A DNA stretch of 64,000 bases from Cycas panzhihuaensis (lineage: Eukaryota; Plantae; Cycadophyta): contig CM041465.1 of the NCBI GenBank assembly GCA_023213395.1, positions 189,541,741 to 189,605,740 on the forward strand, read 5' to 3'. The notes under the pieces are model-generated. The model saw only the letters and a program-made list of their open reading frames with translations, was not told where the DNA came from and made no database searches. Shown one piece after another: positions 52,041-64,000 of the stretch; within the stretch, counting starts at the first letter, position 1, and each line of letters begins with the position of its first letter. The translations under genes and the position numbers were made by a program.

Positions 52041-55000
52041 CTAGCTACTATAGACCATATCCTTCTCTATCAGAACCAGAAGATCCTTAGGGAAGTCACA
52101 TCTCCACACCTGATCCTTCTTTTACCTCACCCCCCAATTTACTAGAAAATCAGCTACTTTATTACCATCTCTCAGGGTGTGCCTAATACTGACATCAGAT
52201 AGTCCCTTAATGATCTCCTTAGCATTGTTGATAATGGGCTGGAATCTCCAATCCGGAAGGGCCGTGCCTTTCAGCATGTTAAGAACAACCTCTGAATCTC
52301 CTTCAATTACTAATCTCTGAATATCTCCTTCTCGGGCAAGGTCTAGGGCTTTTAGCATAGCATACATTTCTGCATAGTGGTTTGTTTGATGCTCATAGTA
52401 ATCTATAAAAGCCCAAATGGGGGTCCCTTTGCTGTCCCTACAAATTCCCCCTCCCCCAGCTTCTCTGGGGTTTCCGTTTGCTGCCCCATCGAAGTTGATT
52501 TTGAACTAGGGCTCCTCCGGGGATATCCAGCTGCAACATCTAGGTTTTATTGTCACAAATTCTGGCTCTATGCCCCATTTAAGCAAAATCATGTTCTCTG
52601 ACATGGTTATACACTTCTCTTTAATGTCTCTAATATTTTCTTTGATGTCCATACAGATTCTATTAAAGGTGGCAATCTGGTCCCTATGATTTCCTTGAAA
52701 GATCCTGCGGTTCCTCTCTTTCCAAATATTCCAAGCCAGAATCGGAAGGGCACTCCTCCAAATGCAACTAAGGATTCTACTTTTAAAAGGACTATGCCAA
52801 GCAAGCCAAAGATCCACTATCTTTTTAGAGAATGTCTAGCACACCTCCATTTTCACTAGCAACATCCTCCATACTTCCCTAGTGAACTAGCACTCAAGGA
52901 AAATATGGTTCATGGATTCCTCATCTTTGCAGCATAAAATACATCTGTTGGCCAGTAGGAAACCTCTCTTTTTAAGGTTGTCAATAGTAAGTATTTTATT
53001 CAAAAGACAAGTCCACCAGAATAGAGTGATCTTAGGGATGAGGGGGAGTCTCTAAACTCCTTCTAATATTGGGTTTTTCTGATCTCCTCTTTTTAGGCAA
53101 AGATAGTGGTATCCTTGCTTGACAGTATATTCCCCGGATGGACTCAAAGGCCATATAATCGAATCCGGTGAAGGCGTTCTAGGAATGTATCTCTTATTGA
53201 GGTTACTTTTGATCTTTCTTAGACCCTTCTACAATCTCCTTTCTCCTTGGAAATCCTCAAAGTTCCTCTAGGCCCTATTGCCCACACCCCCAGTCCAATA
53301 ATCTTTTACATGTTTACCATAATGCCTGGCACAAGGGCCCATGGCAGGTGCCAGATTTGGGAAGTATTTTAGAGCCTTGTCATAGCACCAAACATCCTCC
53401 CAGAATCTTATGGAGTTTCCATCACCCAATCTCTATTTCAAGCCATCTCCAATAGCTTTCCAGGCTCTGAGAATACTCCTCCATATAATTGACCTAGTCG
53501 ATGAAACATTGTTATCCAAAAGAAAGCCCATTTGGATATATTTCCTAGATAGGATCTTCTCCCACAGCCTCTCTCCTCCTTTGAGTAAATGCCAGTCCAG
53601 CTTAGCCCCGAGAGCAGTATTGAAGAGGGAAAGCCTTCTCAGGTTAAGGACACTAGCCCATTTCGGGGTACAAACTTTACTCCAGCTCACCAAGTGAATC
53701 TTGTCTTTGCTTTCTGTCCCAGACTAGAGGAATCTCTTCTGGATGGATTTAATGGTATCAGAGATTCTAGGCAGAACCCTAAATATAGACATCCAGAAAA
53801 CTGGGATGCTCTGAAGCATAGAAGCAACTAGCTAGAATTTTCCAGCTGAGCTTAGGAGGGCGCCTTTCCAGCCCGCCAACTTCCTTTGCATCCTATCAAT
53901 AAGGGGGTTCCACATATCTTTGGTCATCTTACTAATAAAGAGAGGTAGACCAAGGTAAATTATGGGAAGCTTTTTTATGTCCATCCCAAGAATTCTGCTA
54001 ATCCTCCCTTGGATACGGCCTGGAGTGTTTGTGAAAAAGACATTGCTCTTCTTCAGACTAATTTTCTGATTTGTCACTTTCTCGAAATGCCCCAAAATCT
54101 CTTTGAGTCTAGAAGCCTCTCTTATGGCAGCCTTACCTAAGAAGATATTATCATCTACAAATTGGTGGTGGACTACATTATCCATCCCAAATGTCGATTT
54201 AATGCCATTTAGAATCCCACATCTCTTAGCAGACTCCAAGGTTCTACCTAACATCTCAGCCATCATGATATAAAGGAAGGGAGAGAGGGGGTCACCCTAT
54301 CTCAGCCCCCTGAATCCAGGAAAAAAAATGGAAAATGAGCCATTGATAATGACTGAGAATTTTGGATTGCCAATACATAGCTTAATCCAGGGCCGCCAAA
54401 GTTCCCCAAAGCCAAATGCCTCTAGACAGTCTAGTAAGCATTTCTAGGAGACCCTATTGAAGGCCTTCACAAGGTCAATCTTGATAAGCATCGTAGGCTC
54501 CTTCCTTTCCATGACTGAATGAATTATTTCATGGACTACAATATAGCCATCATAAATCTGTCTGCCCTGGAGAAAACCATCTTGATTATTGGAGATGATG
54601 TTTGGCATAATTTTCTTTAATCTATTAACCAGGACCTTGGTTATAGTCTTATACTTAACATTGCAGAGGCTAATAGGGCAAAACTCTTCCATCCTTTTTG
54701 CCCCCTCTTTCTTAGGGATGAGGATGAGGAATGTAGTCTGTCATTCCTGTAGGATTTTTTTATTTACATAAAACTCCTGAAGAGCCTCCATAAAATCCCC
54801 TTTAATTATATCCCAATATTCTTGATAAAAACCCAGAGGAAAACCATTTGGGCTTAGAGCTTTATCCTTCTTCATGCCGAAGAGAGCCACCCTGACTTCC
54901 TCTAGGGTGAACAGAGCTGTCAGCTAAGTATTTTGAACATCATTCACCAATCTGGGGATATTATTTATGAAATCTTTCCTTCTATCCATATCCCCATCCT

Positions 55001-56210
55001 ACGGCTCGGTGAATAAATCCTTGAAGTACTCACTGGCCAACTCCTTCATACCCTCTATCAAATTTATCACAGAACTGTCTTCCTTTCGAAGACTAGAAAT
55101 TCTATTGCTTGCTCTGTGCTTGACAGTGGTCATATAAAAAAATTTTGTGTTTCTGTCTCCTTCTGCCAACGAAAGGGCCCTGGATTTTTGCCTCCAGTGG
55201 ATTTCCTCTCTAGTGAGAATCTCTTCCAGAGACCTAGCCAGCTCCTTTTTTGTCTTATCTAGCTCTAGGGATCTACCCATCCATTCTATCCTGTCTTCTA
55301 TTTCTTTGAAATCATAGATAGTTTTATCCTTCTGCTTGAATATATTTTGGAAAATGTCCTTGTTCCAAACCTTAACTTGTCTTTTGACCCAATCCAGTTT
55401 CTTCAAGAATCTGTACATCGCATGACCTTTAATTTGAATCCCCCACCATTCCTCAATCCTCTACTGAAGATCCAGGTGTCTGATCCATATGAGCTCAGAC
55501 CTGAAGGGAGATCCAATGAATTTACCAGGATCCAAAAATTAGAGCAGGAGAGGAGAATGATCAGAGCTGATCCTCGGTAGTGCCTCGAGGGTGAAGTCAT
55601 TGAAATGCCTCATCCAATCATAATTGACTAGCACCCTATCCAATTTAATTTGAATAGAGTCGTCCCCCAAATGCTTGTTAGACCATGTGAAAGAAGCACC
55701 CCTAAGCCTAACATCCTTCAGACCCCCCTACCGTAGGAAGTCGTTAAAGTCTCCCATACTAGTTGTCCAGCCAGTTAGCACCGAGTTAAAGTCCCCCACC
55801 AGCAACCATGGTTGTCAGCAGTCCCTGTGGGTTTCCAGTAATCTATCCTAGAGTCTCTTTCTAGCCTCTTAAATGTTTGGGCCATAAACGTTTGTGGCTA
55901 ACCATGTGATGTTGTTGCTTTAATTTGTTAGCCAAATCGAAATAAAGGAGTCCTCAACTAGGAAAATTTCCCCCAACCATGGCAATGGGTTCCAAAGCAC
56001 CATTAAGCCCCCAACTCCTTAGGCATAATCTACCTCAATCCCTTTGGCATTCTTCCAAATTTTATTCCTAACCCTTGGTCTATTCTCCTTGTTTAATTTA
56101 GTTTCCTATAGGAACATCAGGTCCAGATGATATCTGTTCCTCATATCCCTAATAATTCTCTGATTTGAAAGGGCATTGAGACCCCTAATATTCCATGATA
56201 ATAATTTCAT
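52041..56210 (-). pseudogene. LINE ORF2: APE endonuclease, RT, zf-RVT and RNase H
   Basis: MKLLSWNIRGLN; PISLCNVKYK; IKIDLVKAFNRVS; HQFVDD; CILCCKDEESMNHIFLEC; KINFDGA...EGDSEVV...RDGNKVADFL. Several stops. Confidence 0.95.
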
Positions 56211-57097
56211 CTTTTCTTCCTTTATTTCTAGACTTCAGCAGGTTCACCTTTTGGACGCTCTTTACCTTTAACTCTAGATCTGAGAATAGGCCCTTCTGAG
56301 TAAACTTCCTTTAAAGTTTTCTGGCTGCCTTGATAAACCTATGCAGTCGTTTCTTTCTCTCTTTGTAGTTTCAACGGTGGCCTCCCTACCTTCTTCTCTG
56401 CACCCACATCTGGCATCTTCTTTTGGGGCATAATCGGTTGTAATAGGGGGTCTGGACCTGGAATCCTTAAGTCCTCTAGGATGGGCATTTCTGGCTCCTC
56501 AACCCTAGTTAGCTACCCCTAGATAACGGGGTCTTTAGCAGTCACTACTCTGGCATCTGCAGAGGGATCCTTCAAGGTTGGGGGGGCAGGGCCAACCCCT
56601 AACCAATCTCCTTTTCCAGCGTCTTTTGGGTCTCAGGTAGGGTGGTATGGGTCAAAAGGGCAGCCTCGATAGGGGTGCCAACCCTCGAACCATCCTTCCC
56701 AGCCAGGTTCCTCGGGGCCGTAACACAGTGCACGACTAGCTCCCCTTCCTCTAAGAGCATGTCCTCCTCATTTGGGTCAAAACCTAAGTTCAAGTGAGGG
56801 GACTCGACTACTTCCGTTTGACCTGGGTGTTCTAGCTCTATCCCTTTCCCCTCCTCCTCCTTTTCCTGAATATTTGGTTCTGGAGGTCCCTCTGCTTCCT
56901 TTTCCTTAAGAGGCTGCACCCCAGACACTTTTAGGGTAAATGCCCCAAATTTCTGCAAGTGGAGTATCTAAAATGCTCCATCTCATATATCAATGGTTGA
57001 ACCCAACTCCCATATGGCAGATCCATCAATATATCATCCAGGAGGGGTTTATCAAACCAGACCAAAGCACAAATTCTAGCATTGATGAGTCTGCTCC
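56211..57097 (-). pseudogene. LINE ORF1, C-terminal part
   Basis: WVQPLIYE followed by the degenerate knuckle YSTCRNLGHLP*KC, then an acidic/proline-rich region (ORF 56599-56958). Confidence 0.8.
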
Positions 57098-58955
57098 TGT
57101 TTAAATGTTCATCCTAATAGCAACCAACAATATAAATAAATATATTGTAGTCATATAGGCCTTAACTAATATGCTATAAGTTTATTCTAACCCTAATTTA
57201 TATTTTTTGACTCTTAGTTAGTTGTCTACCAACTCACATAGGTTTTCCAAGTTCACTACCCTTAGTTATGTGCCTTTGTAAATATAATTAGGTTTATATT
57301 AGCTTAAGTTTAATTAGTTTAAATACATATTCCCTAGGAATAACTAGTTGCATACATCCTTGAGTGTTTCCCATGGAAATATCATTCCCTTCCCTAAGGA
57401 TTTTAAACTTGTTTTAAATTAGGCTTCCAAGCCAATCATTCCGCCATATAATATTACTCTGAAGAATAGTTGTTAATGAGCATAAACTATATAATAACTA
57501 TTTTTCAAAATTCAAGATTTTATCATCTACCAAAATATAAGTAAACTGAGTATATATTTATTATTTCTATTTTAATTAATTTCAAACTTCTATATACATG
57601 TTATTAATGTTTGCTTATTGTTTTAGTGATGGATATATGAGTAACCTAACTAATGAGGATAGATACCTATCAATGCCATAATAAAATCATCCACCTAAGC
57701 CTTATTTATCAAGAAATGGCCCTCTAATACCTCTAAAAAACTTTTAATATCTTTTTCCCTATAGGTTGATAGATTTCATCACTCTCTTCTTTTAGGATTC
57801 TACTTTATTTTTCCAATTTGTTACTTTTCTTTTAGCACCATTGTGAATTTTGCTCCATTGTAATTTTTAGAGCTAGATGTGATGCAACATTATAAAAGCA
57901 TAGTAGGAAATCATGTCCCATTGTAAATTTACAATGGGGTTTGATAAACCATTTGAATTTATAATGAAATATCATGGTTTACTCTAAAAATAAAAATAGG
58001 GCATTATTCCACATTGTAAAATCACAAGAAGTCAAACATCTCACATTTCTTACACATTTTTCTATCAAAGCTTATGATAGGTTCTATGGAAGGGAATAAT
58101 AAATTAATACTCCATTCACCTCCATCTCATCTTTCCCCTCTCCATTTTGGTCAAAAACCATAGTTTTTAGCCCATGATTTTAAGTAAAACTTTGAACCTA
58201 TTCCCTCTTTGAAATTTCATCAAACTCCTCTACTAAATACACATTAATTTTTTTTTTTTAAATCTTGACATAATTTCATAATTTTTAGCACATAGTTTTC
58301 TCAAAACTATGGGCCTCTAATTGAACCTTATTCATTTATAACTCATCCCTTATTCCATTAGAATTAGAAGGAATTTTCATGCAATGATGTGCTACTAGAT
58401 TACTGTCAAAATTTCTCCCTTATTAATCCCTTTGATTTTTGTTGACTAAGATAGCTCTTATAGAGTGGGGAATCCATTTATATAGTTGTGGGGAGTTTGA
58501 AAGCTTAAAGCTTGAAGCTAATATACTAGGAATAAAGTCTTTTTGGAAATCATCCCATGTAGGATGTACATTCACCATCTCTCATTGCAACTCTAACATA
58601 GTTATATCATGGTTTGACTCTCGTTTATTTTATTTTTAGTTTGTTGGACCTCCTATGCTAGCTATTTTTGAATATAGAAGTGCTTGATATGGTCTTAGAG
58701 GGCCTATTTAGGCTATGTTTGTCTCATATATGATGGTAATATTCTATATCAAAGGCTATCATCATATTTAGACTTTCTTAAATAAAATACTAGCTTAGTT
58801 TATTTCTTTATTTTGTCCCTTTTATTGTATATACATTTTATTACTACTTAAAAATAATATTATAAGTGAAAATAAATATCTAAAGGTCTAATCTCACTTG
58901 TAGGTTATGAAGGAGTGATGATTTTTAGAATATTCTTCCTCTTTCTAGTTAATTG

Positions 58956-60737
58956 TATAATAGGCTTACACTTGTTACCTCCTCAATATGAAATATAAGA
59001 GTAAGAAACCCAAAGTGATAGAGGTGGATAGAGTGGAAAGTGGAGATGAAGTGTACCAAAAGAGAACTAATAAAGACAATAAAGTAAACTTTAATAGAAT
59101 TAATATTCATTAACATAATATAACCTCAAAAATACACTGAGTGGGGTATTTATAGCAAAGGCCTCATCCTCTCCTCATAATATTATATTCACCTACCTCT
59201 AAGCTAACCTATCTTGTTTTTCCTTATTATTTAATTCCCCTAACCATAAAATTCACCAACCTACTAACCTAATCTCATGTTATAAGAGCTCATCACATTC
59301 CCTCTCACCTTAGATGGTTTTATCTTAAGGAATCTTAATGTAAGAATATTTATGACCACTCCTTGCTACTACTAGAATGTCAAAAGTAGCTATTTAATCA
59401 TGGTGTTAGTGAGAAGATATTATTATTGCATAACTTGATAATAAGGAGTGGTATATAACACATGTTCACTAATTTTATAAATAAAGAAAGTATGCCCTCT
59501 TTAATTGGCTATCATGACTAAAGAAATATAGGCCCATGGTGTAGTAATATGTGGATCCAAAAAAATAAAGACCCAAATATTTTTGTGACATAAATGATTA
59601 TTCTACCTTAATGATACTAAGATTTTATCCTTTGGGAGGGGAAATAACCACATTATTATCAAAATTACCACTATGAGAGGGATGAGAATCCTCCTTATTA
59701 TTCAAAAGTTCACCTTCCATAATAGGTAGCAAATTAACTTCTTCTAAGATAACTAACTCAAGGTTGATCATATTATCCTTTAAAGAAGATGTAGATAGGT
59801 TAGGGACTTCAATATACTCATCAGATTTTCTTTTTCTTTCTTTTCTTATCTAACTTTTATCCCTCATAATAAGATATCTCTTTAATGACATATTAGAAAT
59901 TACACAAAATAAAGACCTACCAATCTTATATGTGGTACATGTAATACAGAGTTCTTACATATTCAAAGACGTGATCATCGAAGAAGTTAGGCATAGTCAG
60001 AATTCAATTTCATTTATCCTTATCATGAAGTGAATCCTTACAAAATACTATGGATTTAGTTATCCACTCTTCAAGATTGATTAGACACCTATAAGTAAAT
60101 TTATGGTCATTTGAAATTGAGGTAGTAGATTTTGGCCCTAAAGGTACTGATGGATAATAGACCAAAATTAAATTTGCTATAATTATCATGATTTTACCTT
60201 AAAACCTATAATATAACCACTTAAAATTTATAGAATAGGACTTCGCATCATAAAATTTCCATTACTTTTTTTAAATTCATATATTTACACTCCTAAAAAT
60301 GTACTTCCTTGATAGGATAAAGGCTAGTTATGCCTTAAAATCCTACATTAAAGTAAGGAAGAAAAGAATCCAAATAACCTTGCATTGATAACACCTATAA
60401 TAGACTTGCACCTATTACATCCTTAATATGAAAGACAAGAGCAAGAAACCTAAAGTGATAGATGTGGATGGAGTGGAAAGTAAAGATGGAGTACACTAGA
60501 AAAGAACCAATAATGACACTAAAGTAAAATTCAATAGAACCAATATTCATTAACATGGCATAACCTCAATAATACATAGAGTGGGGTATTTATAGCAAAG
60601 GCCTCACCCTCTCTTTATAGTATTATAGTCACCTACCTCTAAGCTAGCTTATCCCCTTTTCTATTATTATTTAGTTCACCTAACATTAACCTTCACTAAC
60701 CTACTAACCTAATCTCATATGGTGAGGGCTCACCACA
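58956..60737 (-). mobile_element. Short non-autonomous LTR element H (TRIM-like, 1782 bp)
   Basis: Two 342-bp LTRs (58956-59297 and 60396-60737); degenerate PBS at about 60382-60393; PPT at 59298-59309; TSD AATTG/AATTA. Confidence 0.88.
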
Positions 60738-61160
60738 AATTAAAACTACCAATTGGGTAGGGGAGATGTTGTCAAAATTATTCCAAGTTAGTAAAATAAC
60801 TTAATAATTTTAAATCAGTGAAAAATTTGGTTTTATATAATTTATTACTTTTATTAAATGTTTTTTTATTATAACATAATTTGATAAGTAAAAATGCTAT
60901 CAATTTTTGCCTTAGTTTGGCTAACATCTAAACAAGTCCTCTTAGTTCTCTTTTTTATTGTGTCTTGTTAAAATTAGGAATCTGGAAGTAGAAATATAAT
61001 TAGAAAAAAGAATCAAAGATAATAGGCATACTAATGGGAATGTTCCCTTCTCACTTTTCCCTTGCTTTTTGATGCCTTTGATCTCAGGAAATTAAAAAGA
61101 AGGAAAACAAAAACTTTTAGTTTTATTTATTTTTATTTCAAAAAGGAAAAAAAAAAGGAC

Positions 61161-61222
61161 TTTCTCTCTCCCCCCCTCTCTCTTTTTCCTTTTTCTATTT
61201 AATTGAGAGAGAGAGAGAGAGA
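61161..61222. repeat. CT-rich tract followed by a (GA)n microsatellite
   Basis: Directly visible. Confidence 0.8.
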
Positions 61223-62177
61223 ATAAGTGCTTTATTTAATGATATAGTTGCTTATTCCATCGCTTACTCTCACCCTCTCTCACACACTTAAGGCTTAATT
61301 AAATTACTAAATAAAAAATAAATTAAGAAAGGTCTTTACTTTAAGTCATTCTTTATAGGTTGACTTTCTTAGAATGGGGGATTTTACACTTGTTATAAAT
61401 CTTTGAAATTATAGGCTTATAGGTCCATGCATTTATATTAGATTAAAATGTTATATTCATTTAAATAAATAAATATATAATTGCATTAGAGTTTAGTCTT
61501 TGCTCTTGAAGTCTTATCAGGATATGGTCTTCACTTATGCTAGATGAGGGGTTACTTAGGGTTCAAATTGGATTTCATTATTAGTAGATAATGGTAGCCT
61601 TTTACTTAAGGTTAGGTTGGGTCTTTATCATGCTTTAAATAGTTCATTGGTGGGTAATTATTTCGACCGTATGTGGTTAGGAGAATGGAGTGGATACTAT
61701 TCATTCTATTGAGAGTAGTTCATTTTCTCTCTCTTCATCTCTTGGAGATCAAGGCCTATTAGAATTAGATACAAGCATCCCTAGAACTCTCACACTTATA
61801 GTTAGGTTATTACTAAGTAAGAGAGGCATACAAGTGGGTCTATCCCATGGTCTAATTTCATATTTGCCTCTTCTTTGGTTAGACCTCATTTATTCTTCTA
61901 TTGAGTCAATAGATATTAATACTTAAAAGGTGCATTAGGCAGAGGTCATTCATCTTTATGGGTGATAGTTCTTATGATATATTTATAGGGATTCATTATT
62001 ATTTGGGGTACTCATGCCTTAGAAATCCCCCTACTTCTCAAGACTATTCTTAAGTGTTATTTTCTCCTTTTAAGAAGGCTTAGTTTACTTATCTTTTACT
62101 TCTTTTTCTTATGATTTGACTATATGCCTATTTCCTTGTTTATTTTATTGTTCATATTGTTTACATATCTAACATAA

Positions 62178-62201
62178 CTCTCTCTCTCTCTCTCTCTCTC
62201 T
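62178..62201. repeat. (CT)n microsatellite, about 12 units
   Basis: Directly visible. Confidence 0.9.
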
Positions 62202-62554
62202 TTCTCCCCACTTTCCCTTCATTATTTATACACATACTCTCCATTTATTCTATGTCATCCCTTATCCCTACATCTACGTCCATATAGATTCATGAGTGCC
62301 CATGAGAGGAACTTGCTTAACTCTCCTTTTTGTATTGGATTTTCTACCATGGATCTAGTGTTGGGTTATGCAAGTAATACTACCCCCTCATAAATTGTAA
62401 TGACCACCTTGTTAACTATAATTTATCTAGGGCTCTTAAGTTTATTATGAAGATTAGGCTTTTGAGCCAATCTCCCTCTTATATAAATAACTCTATAATA
62501 AGCTTAAACCATCAACCACTAATAGGGATAAGCTACGGTAACCCTTGCTCTAAA

Positions 62555-62790
62555 AAATGATTGCTAATGAGGATAATCAACCCTTTGATATTCTTGCTAA
62601 TGAGGTTAAACTAAGGAAAATATTCCTTTATGTTCTCATTGATGAGGATAAACTAAGGATGACATTCTATAAGTTTTCACTAATGACTCTAAACTATAAT
62701 GATCACCCCTATGATGTTCTTACTGATGGGAATAAGTTGGGGGCAATATTATTTAATGTCTTTCTTAAAAGGTTAAATCATGGCAATATC
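62555..62790. repeat. Degenerate tandem repeat of about 39 bp
   Basis: Recurring TTCT...A(A/G)TGAGG(A/T)TAAACTAAGG units. Confidence 0.6.
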
Positions 62791-64000
62791 CCATTATTAA
62801 GCTTCTTATAGTACAGATGGCTTCCAATCCATTCTTCTATTAATACCCCTCCTAGATGTACTTCTTTAAATACACAACTTATTCGAAAACATTACCAACA
62901 TTCACCATCTTACAACACTAGTTTAAAGAGGTTCTATTACGAAATAGGTAAAAATTTCTCAAAAATTAAAATTTTAATATCTACCATGGCATAAGTAAGC
63001 TAAATATGCATTCATCATTTATATTCTAGTTGATTTTATACTTTTCTATACATTCATACTAATGTTTGGCTATTATTCTAATGATGGGTATGTAAGTACT
63101 CAAGCAATAATGATAAAGACCCACTAATAGTTTAATAGAAATCATGCACATGGGTCTTACTCTATGAGGAATAACTCTTTGATATTCCCTATACATCTTT
63201 GTCATATTTTTTCTCCCACTCATCAATTTTTATTAGTTCTGTCATTGCAATTTCTTTTATTTTTTCATCTTTCATCAAGCCTTCCTAGCTCCATTACGAT
63301 TTCTTACCCTATTATAAATTTTATAATGGAATGCAATTCACTATTAAGAAAATTATAATGATGCATCATGTCCTGCTATAATTTTCATAATGGTAATTTA
63401 TAATTTTCATCATAGGACATCCTACAACATTATAAAAATAATAATAATTATGCATGGCACCCTATTTTAAAGATTAAAGTAGGATATCCTTGCCCTATTT
63501 TAAAATCACAAGCAATTATGCTTTCATATTTATTACACTTTCATCTATCCTTTCCATCAAAATTAATGGTGGGCTTTATACGAAGGGACAAGGATTTAAT
63601 CCTCCATCTCCTCCCTTCCTTGGGTCAAACCTAAGTGGTTTTACTGTTAGTTTATTCCAAAATAATGGACCTTCCTTCCATCAATGGAATCTCATTCTAT
63701 TATTTACTAAATTAGCATTGAATTCACATCAATCCATCTTCCAAACCTATAGGTAAATACAATGAGCCTTACCCATAGTGTTTTGTAAATTAACAAGCCT
63801 CAAAAGCCCCCTAGCATATTTATAAATTGTCCCCACATTTGACTTGGAAGGAGAGATAATTTTGGTAATGTAAGTATTATTGAATTTCTAATGGAATTTG
63901 CACAACATTTTCTAGCTTTGAGTGGTATGATTAAAGAGTCATATTAAACGAAGGAAATATTATTATGAAGTAGTGGTTAGCCCAAACCCTAAAGCTAAGA

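Larger units (their letters stand above)
51879..57097 (-). mobile_element. L1-clade LINE, 5'-truncated within ORF1
   Basis: Poly(A) tail (T run at 51879-51892); TSD TGTTT(G/A)AATGTTCATCC at 51862-51878 and 57098-57114; partial ORF1 plus complete-length ORF2. Confidence 0.95.

Noticed and set aside
2904-63756. Numerous 60-130 aa ORFs in the ORF track as host genes
   Set aside because: They lie in LTRs, antisense to pol, or in AT-rich low-complexity DNA, and are Leu/Ile/Phe/Tyr-biased as expected by chance.

Overview
AT-rich, CpG-depleted eukaryotic DNA made almost entirely of nested, mostly decayed plant retrotransposons. It looks like intergenic or intronic heterochromatin of a large-genome land plant, possibly a gymnosperm (inference from element types only). 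No intact host gene was found. Elements resolved by LTR pairs, PBS, PPT and target-site duplications (TSD), in order: (1) the 3' part of a Ty3/gypsy chromovirus (1-3918, +); (2) Ty1/copia A (4609-11532, -, TSD CAAAC), with a tandem duplication of its RNase H region; (3) chromovirus B (11603-26041, -, TSD AATAG), which contains copia C (17253-25243, +, TSD GAAGG), whose 5' LTR in turn contains a solo LTR (17283-17708, TSD ATTTG); (4) an old Tat/Athila-type gypsy E (about 27000-47925, +), interrupted by deleted copia elements F (30539-33202) and G (34370-38963) and by the young non-autonomous element D (41130-46703, -, TSD GATAT); (5) a 5'-truncated L1-type LINE with RNase H (51879-57097, -, 17-bp TSD); (6) a 1.8-kb TRIM-like chromovirus derivative H (58956-60737, -). 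Element D is the most unusual. It keeps only a gag fragment, has three tandem tRNA-Met primer-binding sites (two inside each LTR), a second PPT, a CpG-retaining island and an antisense, apparently captured PWWP-domain-like coding segment. All coordinates and identities were worked out by hand and may be off by a few bases.
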